A DNA stretch of 64,000 nucleotides from Camelus ferus. Taxonomy: Eukaryota. The notes under the pieces were generated by a model. That model had not been told where the DNA came from. It made no database searches and saw only the letters and a list, made by a program, of their open reading frames with translations. Within the stretch, counting starts at the first letter, position 1. Each line of letters begins with the position of its first letter. Shown piece after piece: positions 38,911-49,490 of the stretch. Where the stretch lies: NCBI RefSeq assembly GCF_009834535.1, contig NC_045698.1, positions 4,156,001 to 4,220,000 of the forward strand, written 5' to 3'. The position numbers and the translations under genes were made by a program.

Positions 38911-39230
38911 CTACAGTGCAATGTTTGGAAGCAATACTAGAAGATTCTGATGATGTCTGTCAAATTGATTTGGTCCGCTGTGTCGTGAGCAAAGACGAAC
39001 TACTTTATGGAGCAATTTCAGTCTGTGCTCCTTCTTCCCACAGAGAAACCAAGAAGAATCAGAAAAATGGTACAAAAAAAAAAGGTCAAGTGATCCAAAA
39101 CAATGTTTCCACTTCTCACGTGGGTCCCGCTCCTCACGTGGGTCCCGCTCTTCATGTGGGTCCCATTCCTCAGGAGCGTTTACAGCTATTACTAATGTCA
39201 CCAGAAAGCAAGGCAGCTTCTTCAAAATAC
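38911..39230 (-). pseudogene. Possible highly diverged LINE APE-endonuclease relic
   Basis: Minus strand reads TLVIAVNAP...WFLCG and, after a frameshift, DTADQINLTDIIRIF (38984-38940), similar to NTLDQIDLTDTYGIF in the L1 ORF at 49928-50242. Confidence 0.4.
39115..39172. repeat. 18-bp tandem repeat, 3 copies
   Basis: ctcacgtgggtcccgctc twice, then ttcatgtgggtcccattc. Confidence 0.95.
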
Positions 39231-39739
39231 GCAGGCAAAGCCAGAAACTCTCATTCAGAGGTAAAGCTCACGCACTGACTACCATACGTTGATCTCCTTT
39301 TCCAGTTTTGCAGGCGTTCACTCTTATTTCGTCTGCAGAGGAGGCGCTGGCCGGGATGGCAGTAGCATCCAAGGCTAACTGTGCTCCATAGAACAGTGCT
39401 GGAAAACGCCTTCTGGTCCCTGACTCCTATTGTGAAATACGACGTATGCAGGATTCAAAAGTAGTTGTGGAATTCACCCACATGGGCGTGCACCCGGGGG
39501 TGCAATGGGTCACGCTAAAGACAGTTTGTCCTCACACAACGAAACCTTGGAGACTCACGATTCATCAAACACCAAGAAGCGATTAGACAAAAATACCCAT
39601 CACTCCACAACCTCAGCTACTCCAGGTGCCACGGTCTCCTTCTCCATCAAATGCACAGGTGGACACATTCAACCAGAATCCCTTCCTCCAGCAGGACTCA
39701 GTGTGTTCTGTTGTAATTATTTACCAGCTGCCATGTTGA

Positions 39740-39900
39740 GCCCTTTCCAAGGCCAGGAACGGTGCTGAGTGTTTTACATGCATCTACCTGGGCTCATATA
39801 ATTCTCACAAAAGCTCTGTAAGATAAGTATAATTATTGCCATTTCACAGATGCGAAAATCAGGGCTTAGAGAGACCCAGTAATTGACTCCAGTCCCCACT
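39740..39900 (-). mobile_element. MIR SINE
   Basis: ccaggaacggtgctgagtgttttacatgcatc...attattgccatttcacagatgcgaaaatcagggcttagaga. Confidence 0.85.
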
Positions 39901-40185
39901 GCCCGGAGGTGGAGCAGGGGTGACGCCTGTTTGCACCTGTGCGCTCAGCTGCACTGCCTCCCTGCTTACTAGGCCCCTCCCCCTTCAAAGCCCAACACCC
40001 AGCAAGGCGGTTCACTCCTTGTGGCAGGAAAAGTATCGTGTTGGTCATTTCCATAACATCTCCTCCACATCAGGCACCCAATGCGCTGAAGGAAAGAAGA
40101 GGGAATAAAGGATGTAAGGAAGGAGTGAAGGGAAGAAAGACAGCGAGGTGTCCGTATATTTTTAAGCAAAAACCCCAGTTTGAGT

Positions 40186-40540
40186 AGGTATTATCAGTCA
40201 CCTACACCCATAATAATACTGTACAACTAGCACAAAAATCTGAACTCACATGACAATAAGAATTTACCTAGCTTCACATCTTACACACCTGTGTGTCAGT
40301 GGATCCCGGCTGGGCTGGGCACAGGTCTCGGCTCCATGCCTCTCTCATCCTCCTCCTGGGACCAGGGCGGAGACCCAACATGTTCATCTCCTGACAGAAG
40401 TGCCAGGGACCAAACCCCAAAACAAAGGCACCTTCCTAGCCTTTGGCCATATTGTGTCCACCAGTGCTCCGCTGGACAAGAGAAAAGTCAGGGGGTATGC
40501 AGGGCAGGGCAGGGTGCAAGCAGTTCCAAATGACACTCTC
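40186..40540 (-). mobile_element. Old MaLR LTR (MLT1I/J/K-like)
   Basis: ggctgggctgggc...ctccatgcctctctcatcctcc...catgttcatctc...ccgctggacaagagaaaagtca. Confidence 0.55.
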
Positions 40541-41283
40541 ATCTCCCAGGAGATGGACTTCATCGGAACACGATGCCAGTTGCTCCTGGCGCCTCTCCCA
40601 CACATGCATCGCCCATCCTGCAGAGCATCCCCAGAACCCTCCTCTGCCCGTGACACCCAGCATCTTTGGTCACAGTGGAGTCAGTGTGAGCCGTTTTACA
40701 CACAGCAATATGAGAAATGTGCACCAGTTGCAAATGCAAAATAAATATTTCAATCTGAAGCGTAAAATCCTTTTTCACTATTCATTGCTTTGGATTATCC
40801 GTGCTTCTGCTCCCTTTTATTTACATGATTAGTCAAGATCTGTTCCAGTTTTGAGTTGTCCCTTTGTCACATTTAAGTCCGGTTCTCATACAAACATTTT
40901 GGCTGTGGTCATCTTTGCCCGATGGAAAAGCATAAATATTGAGGGGACTTATTTAGAGCGTTGTTTTTCGAGCATCAAAGCCTCCCTATTTTGGCAAGTC
41001 TAAAATGTCAATGACAGATACATGGTAAACACAGTAAAAACATCACCAGGCACAGTAATAGACAACGATACTTGTGCAGACTTGTTAGCATGGTGACATT
41101 TACAAATGTCTCAGTGTTGTAAGTTGACATAACAAGAACGTTTACGACGCGCCATAAAGAGGAGAGGATAAAATGTACCCCAGCTTAGAGCCAGAACCAC
41201 AGAGAGCAGTGTTCCGGCTTCCTGCGACTTTCTCGTTGAAACATTGTGTCACTCGGTAACACCAACCAGCACCAGTAAATGAG

Positions 41284-41605
41284 GACACTAATGAACACAT
41301 CTCTAAAGCAGAAACAGACTCACAGACATAGTCAACAATCTTGGGGTTACCAGGGGAAAAGGGGTGGGAAGGGATGAACTTGCGAGTTTGAGATTCGCAA
41401 ATGTTAATCAGTATCTATAAAAATAGATAAACAACAAATTTCCTCTGTACAGCACAGGGAACTATATTCAATATCTTGTAATAACCTTTGGTAAAAAAAA
41501 AAGAAAATGAATATATGTATGTATATGCATGACTGTGCTGTACACCAGAAACTGACATATTGTAACTGATTTTAATTCAATTAAAAAAATTTTTTAAATA
41601 AAAAA
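41284..41605 (+). mobile_element. Short L1 3'UTR insertion
   Basis: gacactaatgaac...acagactcacagacatagt...acagcacagggaactatattcaatatcttg...tgtacaccagaaactgaca then an A-rich tail. Confidence 0.92.
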
Positions 41606-43854
41606 TGATGAAACTTCTCCAGAGGACAAAGAAGGGGAAAAGTAACAGAAATTAGTAAAGTTACGTTCTAGTCTTGGCTCTGCCACCTGGGAGTTCCATA
41701 AACTAAGAAAAATCACATCCCTTTTCTAGGTCTTGGTTTACTCATCAATAAAATAACTTTACACGTAATTTTTCTATTAAAAAAAAGAGAGAGAGAGGGA
41801 GCCCACATCTCATAAAACAAGGAGGCCGTGAGCAAGAGCCCGATGGAGAGGAGGTACGTCTGTAACAGGCACCAGCTCCCGAGTCAGCGCAGCGGGAAGC
41901 AAAGCGCTGGCTGTGCTGCACAGAGTGCGCCCACTGCAGGGACCCGCGGAGGAGAGGCCCCCGGGGACGACAGGGCGCGCCCACTGCAGGGAGAGCCTGG
42001 AGCCCAGAGATCCAGGCCAACAGCAGCTCTGTGTGGCCCGGGTCACCTGGGAGTCACACTCACTTCCCCAGTCCAGCCCAGACTCCCTGGGAAGGATAGA
42101 CCCCCTGGGGTTAGAACTTGGGATTGTGAAGGTTTGGAGAGCCACAGAGAGCTGCTTGGGCTCCTCTGAAGCGGAGAGAAGTAAAGCGGGAGGTTGCTGC
42201 AACACCGTGGTTGCCATTAGCAACGTCCAACGTCATCCTTTTACCTTCCTCTGCCTAAAAGGTATCAGTTGTGTGTTTGCTTGGCGTATTGCTTTATGTG
42301 TCACGCCTCACTACCTAACGTTACACAACAGGAAAGTTGTTCCTCCCCTCCCCACCCCCACTCCACCTCCTTCACCTTCTCAGGACCCCTACTTAATTTT
42401 TCTCTGTTTTATAATAATGACTGTGCTTTTCTGGAGCATGATTAATCACGGGGCCTCTAAGTCCATGGGTAGAAAGATGCAAAGATCCAGGAGGAGAGCG
42501 TGGCCAGATATTCAACCAAAACACCAACTGAGAAGGGAAAGGAAAAGCCTCCCCACCTCCCACGAGGGAGAGGAGGTCAGCTGTGGACACAGGAAGTGCC
42601 AGCCCCGGCAGACACAGCTTCAACAGAGAGACACACGATGCTAATGAAGTAAATGTGGACAAAACCATGGATTGTTCCGACCGCCTGGAAGGTAAGAGAA
42701 GAGGACGGACAAGCAAAGGGGCAGAAAGCAGCAGCTCTGATGACTGTGCACTCACATTTTCTACAAAATAAAGGGCTAAGTAGAAATAATTACTCCCCGA
42801 GGTGCCCCTGTGCAGAGGTTTGAGCCTAAGCAGTAAACAAGATGGCTGTGGAATCCCTGGGAGAAAATTGCAGGCATACTGCTTTACAAATATGAGATGA
42901 TACGTGTGTGTGTAGCTCTAAGATAAAGAGAAACTCGGGTGTGGGAGGAGAAAACGTTAGACTCAACGTGATCCTGAAACATTCTGTTTTCAGGTGTAAA
43001 TGCTGGGTGATGTAATCTGATGCGTGTGAGTGTCACAGCCACGTGGTGCTGGGACCCCTCCCCAGAGATGGCACAGCCTCCACGCTGAAGGCACACGGGG
43101 CTCTGCAGCATCCCGTCATTCGCAGCTGCGGCCCCCAACCTCTTCTGAACAACGTCTACAAGGGCAATTTTTCACCCAGAAATGAAAGAGAGAAACCTAA
43201 ATTTCACGACTGGACAGATATAAAGGAGAGGAGATTTGATGTGGATAAATTTGTGCAACAGTAGCCAAAGGAAAATACTCAGCCTTGATTTGGAAAAAGG
43301 CACCACATTTGGAAGGAAAAAACACTGAAAATCTCCCCCGGCAGGTAGGGAGGGTAATGAATCGCGTGGGAGCACAGCCCAGCTTCTCTGCCAGGGATGA
43401 TGAATGCCCTCCCGCGGCGGGGGAGGGAGGCGTCTGGAATTATTGTGCAGTGATGGCCCCTTATCGAGTCTTGGTAAATCCACTTAGAAATGGTTTGTTC
43501 TCTCCCAAAACTCCTGCTATCAAAGGGAGCTGCTAACATTAAGGGAAAGGTCCGTGTCGCGGGAGGCTGTGTGTTCCCTGGATCCCCCTGCAGCAGAAGT
43601 CCCCGGAAAAAGGCTTGCGCTAAGAAGAAGACCTGGAGAAGGAGAAGAGCAACACTGTTCTTTTGGAATAAAGATAAGGTAACGTGGCCGTGGCCCAGCT
43701 CTGCTGTCATCCTGGGGCCAAGTTTCAGCTGCACCCGCACGACAGTCTGGCGGATGGTTGGTGGTCCCTGTGCAGTGGGGTTACCCGCTCCCAGGATCCC
43801 AGAAAACCAGTCTTAGCCTCTGAGTTCATTTTCTACTCAAAGAACTGTCTGGGC

Positions 43855-44031
43855 CAGTTGTTCCCAAACCTGCCTGCACATCGGAACCACCTGGAGGGCT
43901 TCAAAGAATTCTGATGTTTGAGTCCCAAGCCCAAGGACTGGGACTTCATTGGTGTGGAGAATGTCGGGGCTTTGGACTTCTCAGGATAGTCCCAGGAGTT
44001 TCCAAGGTGTAGAAAAGTTTGGGAACCACCA
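43855..44031. mobile_element. MER5-like hAT-Charlie MITE
   Basis: Inverted termini cagttgttcccaaac / gtttgggaaccacca; right flank ttctagac matches the typical NTCTAGAN target. Confidence 0.8.
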
Positions 44032-44139
44032 TTCTAGACATATCTTTTCTTTTTAAAAAAATGAACTGTGTGTGGGCAGTGGGAATACTCCTGTGGCTGG
44101 GGCAGCAGGGGAGTAGCAGCAGCTCCAGGAGGAGGAACG

Positions 44140-44340
44140 TGCCCCCCACGTACCAGGTGCTCCTCCAAGACTGTTGCGGAAGGAGCTCCTTGGGACCTGT
44201 TTCGCAGACTTATCACAGGCTTATTATTAATAATCCCCAGTTAACAGATGAGAGGATCAGGCAGAGGGCAGTTTGGCCACTCGCTGATGATCACAGAGCC
44301 AGGGGTGGGGGGCAGGGTGCAAATCCAACCTGGATGCTGA
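44140..44340 (-). mobile_element. MIR fragment
   Basis: ttattattaataatccccagttaacagatgagaggatcaggcagag. Confidence 0.7.
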
Positions 44341-45884
44341 CCCACAGATGATCCTGCTCCGTCAATGGGACAAGCGGGAGCTTGGTGGTACCCCTGCTTT
44401 TCAGAAGGCAGCTCCGGGTTCACCTCTCCTTGGCTGCACTCTGCCTGTGGCCACCTCTGTCCCTTCCAGTGTGGTCCATACCCCGCCCCGGCTTCTCTCC
44501 ATCAGGGCCCCCAGCCCTGCTCCTCCTCTCCACCCTGAGGGCGGTGTGGCCAGCCCTGCTGTCAGGTGAGCACAGGGGATATGGCTTTGTGCAGCCCTGC
44601 AGAGACCAGGCGGTCCCCATCAGTCACCCCCGTTATTGGCTTCTCCTGCTGAGGAGTGCCAGGCCCCTAAAGTCTCAGCTCCCTGACCCCTGGCCCATGC
44701 CTCCTGTTCCCACTGGTTGAAACTACTTCTGCCTCCATCTCTGGGCCAAACACGGGCTGAGTGACCTGCCCTCCAGCCCGTGCCCAGCGGCATGTGGGCA
44801 GGGAGGTGGCGCTCACCCTGCATCGCAGGGCCAGCCCCACAGCACCGGAGCCGAGAAAGCGCATTTTCTGTGCACTGGGCCTGCTGTCCTTCTCTGTAAC
44901 AGAGCACCTGCCCTGCCAGGAGCCTCTTTGCTTGTCAGGCCTCCTTTGTCTAACCAGAGAAAAGGAGCTTTTAGTGTTTAATTAATATTCAGGACAGGAT
45001 TGTGCCATTTTTCGGTGTGCACAGCCCATTAGGAAATTGAAATCCAGCCTTCCACTTGGTATCCTGTACTCTCAGCTAGAGGGAATTCACTTTCCTTGAA
45101 GTCCCACTTGTTAGGAGACCGGATTCAGGGTGCGGAGCCACCGAGCTCCCCTCAGTACCAGGGACAGACAGAGAACAGCTCAGAAAGTCTGGGGGAGCTG
45201 GTGGATGGAACCGTGATGCAGAAGACAAGAGGGCGGCCAGCCTGCTTCAGATGCTGTCCTAGAAGAAGCTCATCCTGCCCCTGGGACTGGATTCAGAACC
45301 AGAAAAGACTCTTGAAGGAGGGTATTAAATGACGAACAGAACGAAGTGCCCGTGCTGGCATTTCACCAGGTGCCTCCACCGGAGGGCCGTTCCTCTGGTT
45401 GTCCAAGGCTGACGGGCGGTGTGGATCTCCGACTGCTGCGGACCTGCTGCTGTGAGGAGAGGGGGCGCGAACTCACTCTGGAGGCTCAGAAGCTCATCCT
45501 GCACGAGCCGTAAAATCTGCCTGATAACAAACCCTGGAGAAAGTGCTGGGCTTTTTCTTTCTGAAAAATTATACATCTCTGCTTCAGTGAACGGAATTGT
45601 GCTTGGGGCCAATGCCACAAAGTGAGGACTGTGTGGGGTCCAAATCCCACTCCCCCCAGCGGCTTCACACCTGTTCCTGCCCCTCCAAGAGGACGGGGCA
45701 GAAATGATGAAACCCTGGGTCTCAGGTCTGCTGCCTTCCTGGTGACCCCCCTTCACCTTGGAGAGCTCACCCCTAAAAAAATAAAAATAAAGAAAAGTCG
45801 CAGCGAATTGCTAAGTGCTCCATAGAAATCACGTGGAAAATCCATTGGAGCCAGGAACTGTCATGCATCCTTCTTTACCAATTA

Positions 45885-46065
45885 GTCTATAAGTACAATT
45901 TTAGGGTTCCTGACTCTTGTTGAGGAAAGACTTACATTTTCAGAGCTTCAGTTTCCCCTCTCTGACATGGATGACTAATTCTTCCCCACTTATTTCAGAT
46001 ACCTGTGGATAACAAATGAAGTGATAGATACAGAAGTTCTTTAAAATTTGAAAAGTGCACAACAT
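45885..46065 (+). mobile_element. MIR fragment
   Basis: cagagcttcagtttcccctctctgacatgg...acaaatgaagtgatagata. Confidence 0.6.
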
Positions 46066-47897
46066 ATGAAGAATGTATGGATGGCAAAGTGAGGTCACCG
46101 GGAAGAGAGAGAACATTTTTGTGGGATGTCCACAGAGGAAATTACTGACTTCTTCTGGGCTAAAGGCCAGCCATGATTGAAACTGGGTTGTCTTCTAGTA
46201 ACAGTTCAACAATCCAGAATTACGTTTGGTTCTTCTAAAATTACACTGTCGTGCAGGGATAGCCAACATGGTGGAGTAGGAAGACGCTGAGCTCACCTCC
46301 TCCCACAGGCACACCGAAACTACAACTATTTACAGAACGACTATTGATGAAAAAGACCAGACCTGCCACAAAGATTCTCTACAAATGAAGATATAAAAAA
46401 GGAACCACAGCAAGTTGGGTTGGAGGGCGGAGCTGTGACATAATCAAGCCCCGTTCCAGGGTGGATGGCCCACAGACTAGAGGGCAATTCCAACTGCAGA
46501 GGTTCCTGCACAGAGTGAGGGGTCTCAGCTCCACACTGGGCTCCCCCGCCCAAGGGCCCTGTGACAGGACGACGAGCCCCCTAGAAGGTCTGGCTTTGAA
46601 GGCCAATGGGACTTACTTTGGGGAGACCCAGAGGGCTGGGAGAAGCAGAGACTCCATTCTTAAAGGGCAGACACAAAATCTCATGTACTCTGGGACCCAG
46701 GGCAGAAGCATTAATTTGAAAGGAACCTGGGTTAGACCCACCTGCTGGTCTCAGAAAGCCTCCCGGAGAGGCAGGAGGTAACTGGAATTCACCCTGTGGA
46801 CACAGACACTGGCAGCACCCATTTTAGGAGCTTGTTCTACCACATGGGCATGGGTGCTGGCCAGCACCATCGTGGGATCCTCCCTCAGGCTCAGTAGCCT
46901 CAGCACGCAGCCCGATGTCCACCCGATGGCTAGTAGGCACCAGCACTGGGAGCCTCGGGCCAAGCAGCTAAATGGGCAGGGACACAGCCCCCATCTACCA
47001 ACAGACAGGCTGCCTTAAGAGCCCAGAGCCCACTCTAACTCTGGGCACTGTCCTGTCCACCAGAACGCCCAGCACCAGATTGCACAAACCAGTGTGCAGG
47101 CACTAGACCTGGGACGTCAAGGGCCCTGCAGAGACTCTGGGACCAAGCTCCACCCCCCCAGAGGGAAGGCACCAGCCCCAAAATCTCTGCCCCACCCTTC
47201 AGTGAGCCTGCTGTAGCCTCAGGACCAGCCTCACCCTCCAGCAGGTCAACATGAGCCCCAGGACAACTACAACTCTGCAATCTGTGGACCTAGCCTGCCC
47301 ACCCACAGTCCAACATGTCCACAGGCTGACTGAGCCCTAGTCCTGATCGCCAAAATGAGTTTTGAGACACCCTGGAATTTACAGCCACTGTGACAGGAAC
47401 TGACCCCACCCAACAGCAGTGTGACACCAACTCTGGAATCCCAGGACCTGGCTCTGCCTGCCAGAGAGCCGGCACTAGTCCCAGGACTGGGCTTCACCCA
47501 CTCATGGGCAGGCACCACCCCCAGAATCTTCTGTACCTAACTCTACCCACCAGTGAGCCAGCATTAGCCCTAAGGCTCCCAGGGCTCCACAGCCAGCCTC
47601 CTTGTGACCTGGCTCTGCCAATCAGTGGACAGCAGCCTCTGCACAAGGCAGGGCCTGGCAAACAGACTGAGGACCAGCCAAGCTTACAGACCACCCATAG
47701 CAGACAACCTGCCACAACAGAAGGACACACACAGCCCATAAAAGGGGCACCCCTGGAGCATGCAGCCCTGGTGATGAGAGGGGAGTGCACTGCTGGGATG
47801 CATATAGAATGTCTCCTACAAAAGGCCAGTTCTCCATGATTGTGAAATGTAACCAGCTTATCATATACATAGAAATAAAAACAGCCAGTTAGGCAAA

Positions 47898-48580
47898 ATG
47901 TGGAGACAGAAGAACATGTCCCAAAAGAAGGAACAAAATAAAACCCCAGAAGAACAAAGTGAAATAGAGACAGGCAATCTATGTGAGAAAGTGTTCAAAG
48001 TAATGATCACAAAGATGATCAAAGAACTCAGGAGAATGGATGCATGCAGCAAGAAGTTAGAAGTTTTTATCAAAGAGTTAGAAAATATAAAGAACAATCA
48101 AACAGAGATGAGGAATACAATACCTGAAATGAAAAATTCACTGGAAGGAATCAACAGTGGACTAAACGATACAGAGAAAAGAATCAGCCAGCTGGAAGAC
48201 AGTAGTGGAAGCCATTGATACTGAATAGAAAAAAGGAAAAAGAATGAAAAGAAATGAGGACAGTTTAAAAGGCTTCCAGGACACTGTCATGTGTACTAAC
48301 ATTTGCATTATAGGGGTTCCAGAAGAGAGAAAGAAAGGAGCAGGGGACGTGTTTGAAGGTACAATAGCTGAAAACTTCCCTAACTTGGGAAGGGAAGCAG
48401 ACGTCTAAGACACCCAGGAAGCACAGAGCGTCCCCAACAGGATCAACCTAAAGAGGACCACACCGCGTTGTAATTAAGATGGCAAAAACTGAAGAAAAAG
48501 AGTCAGGGAGGGTACAGCTCAGTGGCAGAGCACTGTGCTTAGCACGCACAAGGTCCTGGGTTCAATTCCCAGTACCTCCA

Positions 48581-48615
<35 letters not shown>

Positions 48616-48955
48616 ATACCCAATTACCTCCTCTCCCCTACCCCCCCCCAAAAAAAGAGAGAAAGAAAGAAAAAGAGAGAATGTTAAAAGTAACAAGGGA
48701 AAAGCAACAAATTACACACAAGGGAACACCCACGAGGCTCTCAGGGGACCTTTCAGCAGACGCTCTGCAGGCCAGAGGGAAGGGGCGCCATATGTTCAAA
48801 GCGACAAAAGAAAAAATCTGCAACCGAGAATACTCCACCTAGCAGGAGTCTCATTCAGTTTTGATGGAGATACCAAAGTTTCACAGAAGAATCAAAGCTG
48901 AATGAGTTCAGTACCACCAACCATCTTTACAAGAAATGTTAAAGGGATTTCTCTA
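47898..48955 (+). pseudogene. Disrupted L1 ORF1p
   Basis: RQKNMSQKKEQNKTPE...EMRNTIPEMKNSLEGINSGLNDTEKRISQLED coiled coil; frameshifts and a SINE insertion downstream. Confidence 0.9.
48506..48666 (+). mobile_element. tRNA-derived SINE, Vic-1-like (camelid)
   Basis: Pol III A box cagctcagtgg (48515-48525), B box ggttcaattcc (48559-48569), (TAAA)n, aattacctcc C-rich block, A-rich tail; AAGAAAAAGAG at 48492-48502 and 48667-48677. Confidence 0.88.
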
Positions 48956-49244
48956 ATTGAAAAAAAAAAAGGCCGCAACTAGAAACATGGAAGTTATGAA
49001 AGGAAAAGCTCATCAGTAAAGGCAAGTGCTCAGGAAAGGCAATCGGCCAGTTGTGTGTGAAGCTGGAAGGAACACAGACAGGCGCAGGCAGCAAAACCTC
49101 CTTCATCCACAACGAGAGTAAAGGGACACCCGACACGATCAGACGCAAAATACCACGTCGAACCAGGGATTCCGAGGGGAGGGGGTACAAGTACAGGGCT
49201 TTTTAAATGTGTTTTAAATTAAGAGACCAGCAGCTTCAAACAAT

Positions 49245-49307
49245 CATACACACACACACACACACACACATACACACATACACACATACACACATACACA
49301 CATATAC
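49245..49307. repeat. Imperfect (CA)n in the L1 inter-ORF region
   Basis: Directly visible. Confidence 0.92.
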
Positions 49308-49490
49308 AGATTCCTACATATAAACTTTTTGATAACCACAAACCAAAACTCTGTAATAGACACATACACAAAAAAGAAAAAGGAATCCAAACATAACACT
49401 GAAGATTTCCACCAAATCACAAGAGCAGAGAATAAAAGAGGAACGGGGGACAAAAAGACCTACAAAAACAACCCTGAAACAATAAACAAA

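Noticed and set aside
39115..39172. CRISPR-like short repeats
   Set aside because: Head-to-tail tandem units with no spacers, eukaryotic context and no cas genes.
39290..39515. hAT transposase dimerisation-like peptide (FPALFYGAQLAL...IPASASSA, minus strand) and a TIR-like catgggcgtgcacccggggg
   Set aside because: Lacks the conserved ERxFS motif and no partner TIR or 8-bp TSD was found; too weak to call.
48506..48580. tRNA-like sequence
   Set aside because: It is a SINE head with tail and TSD, not a tRNA gene.
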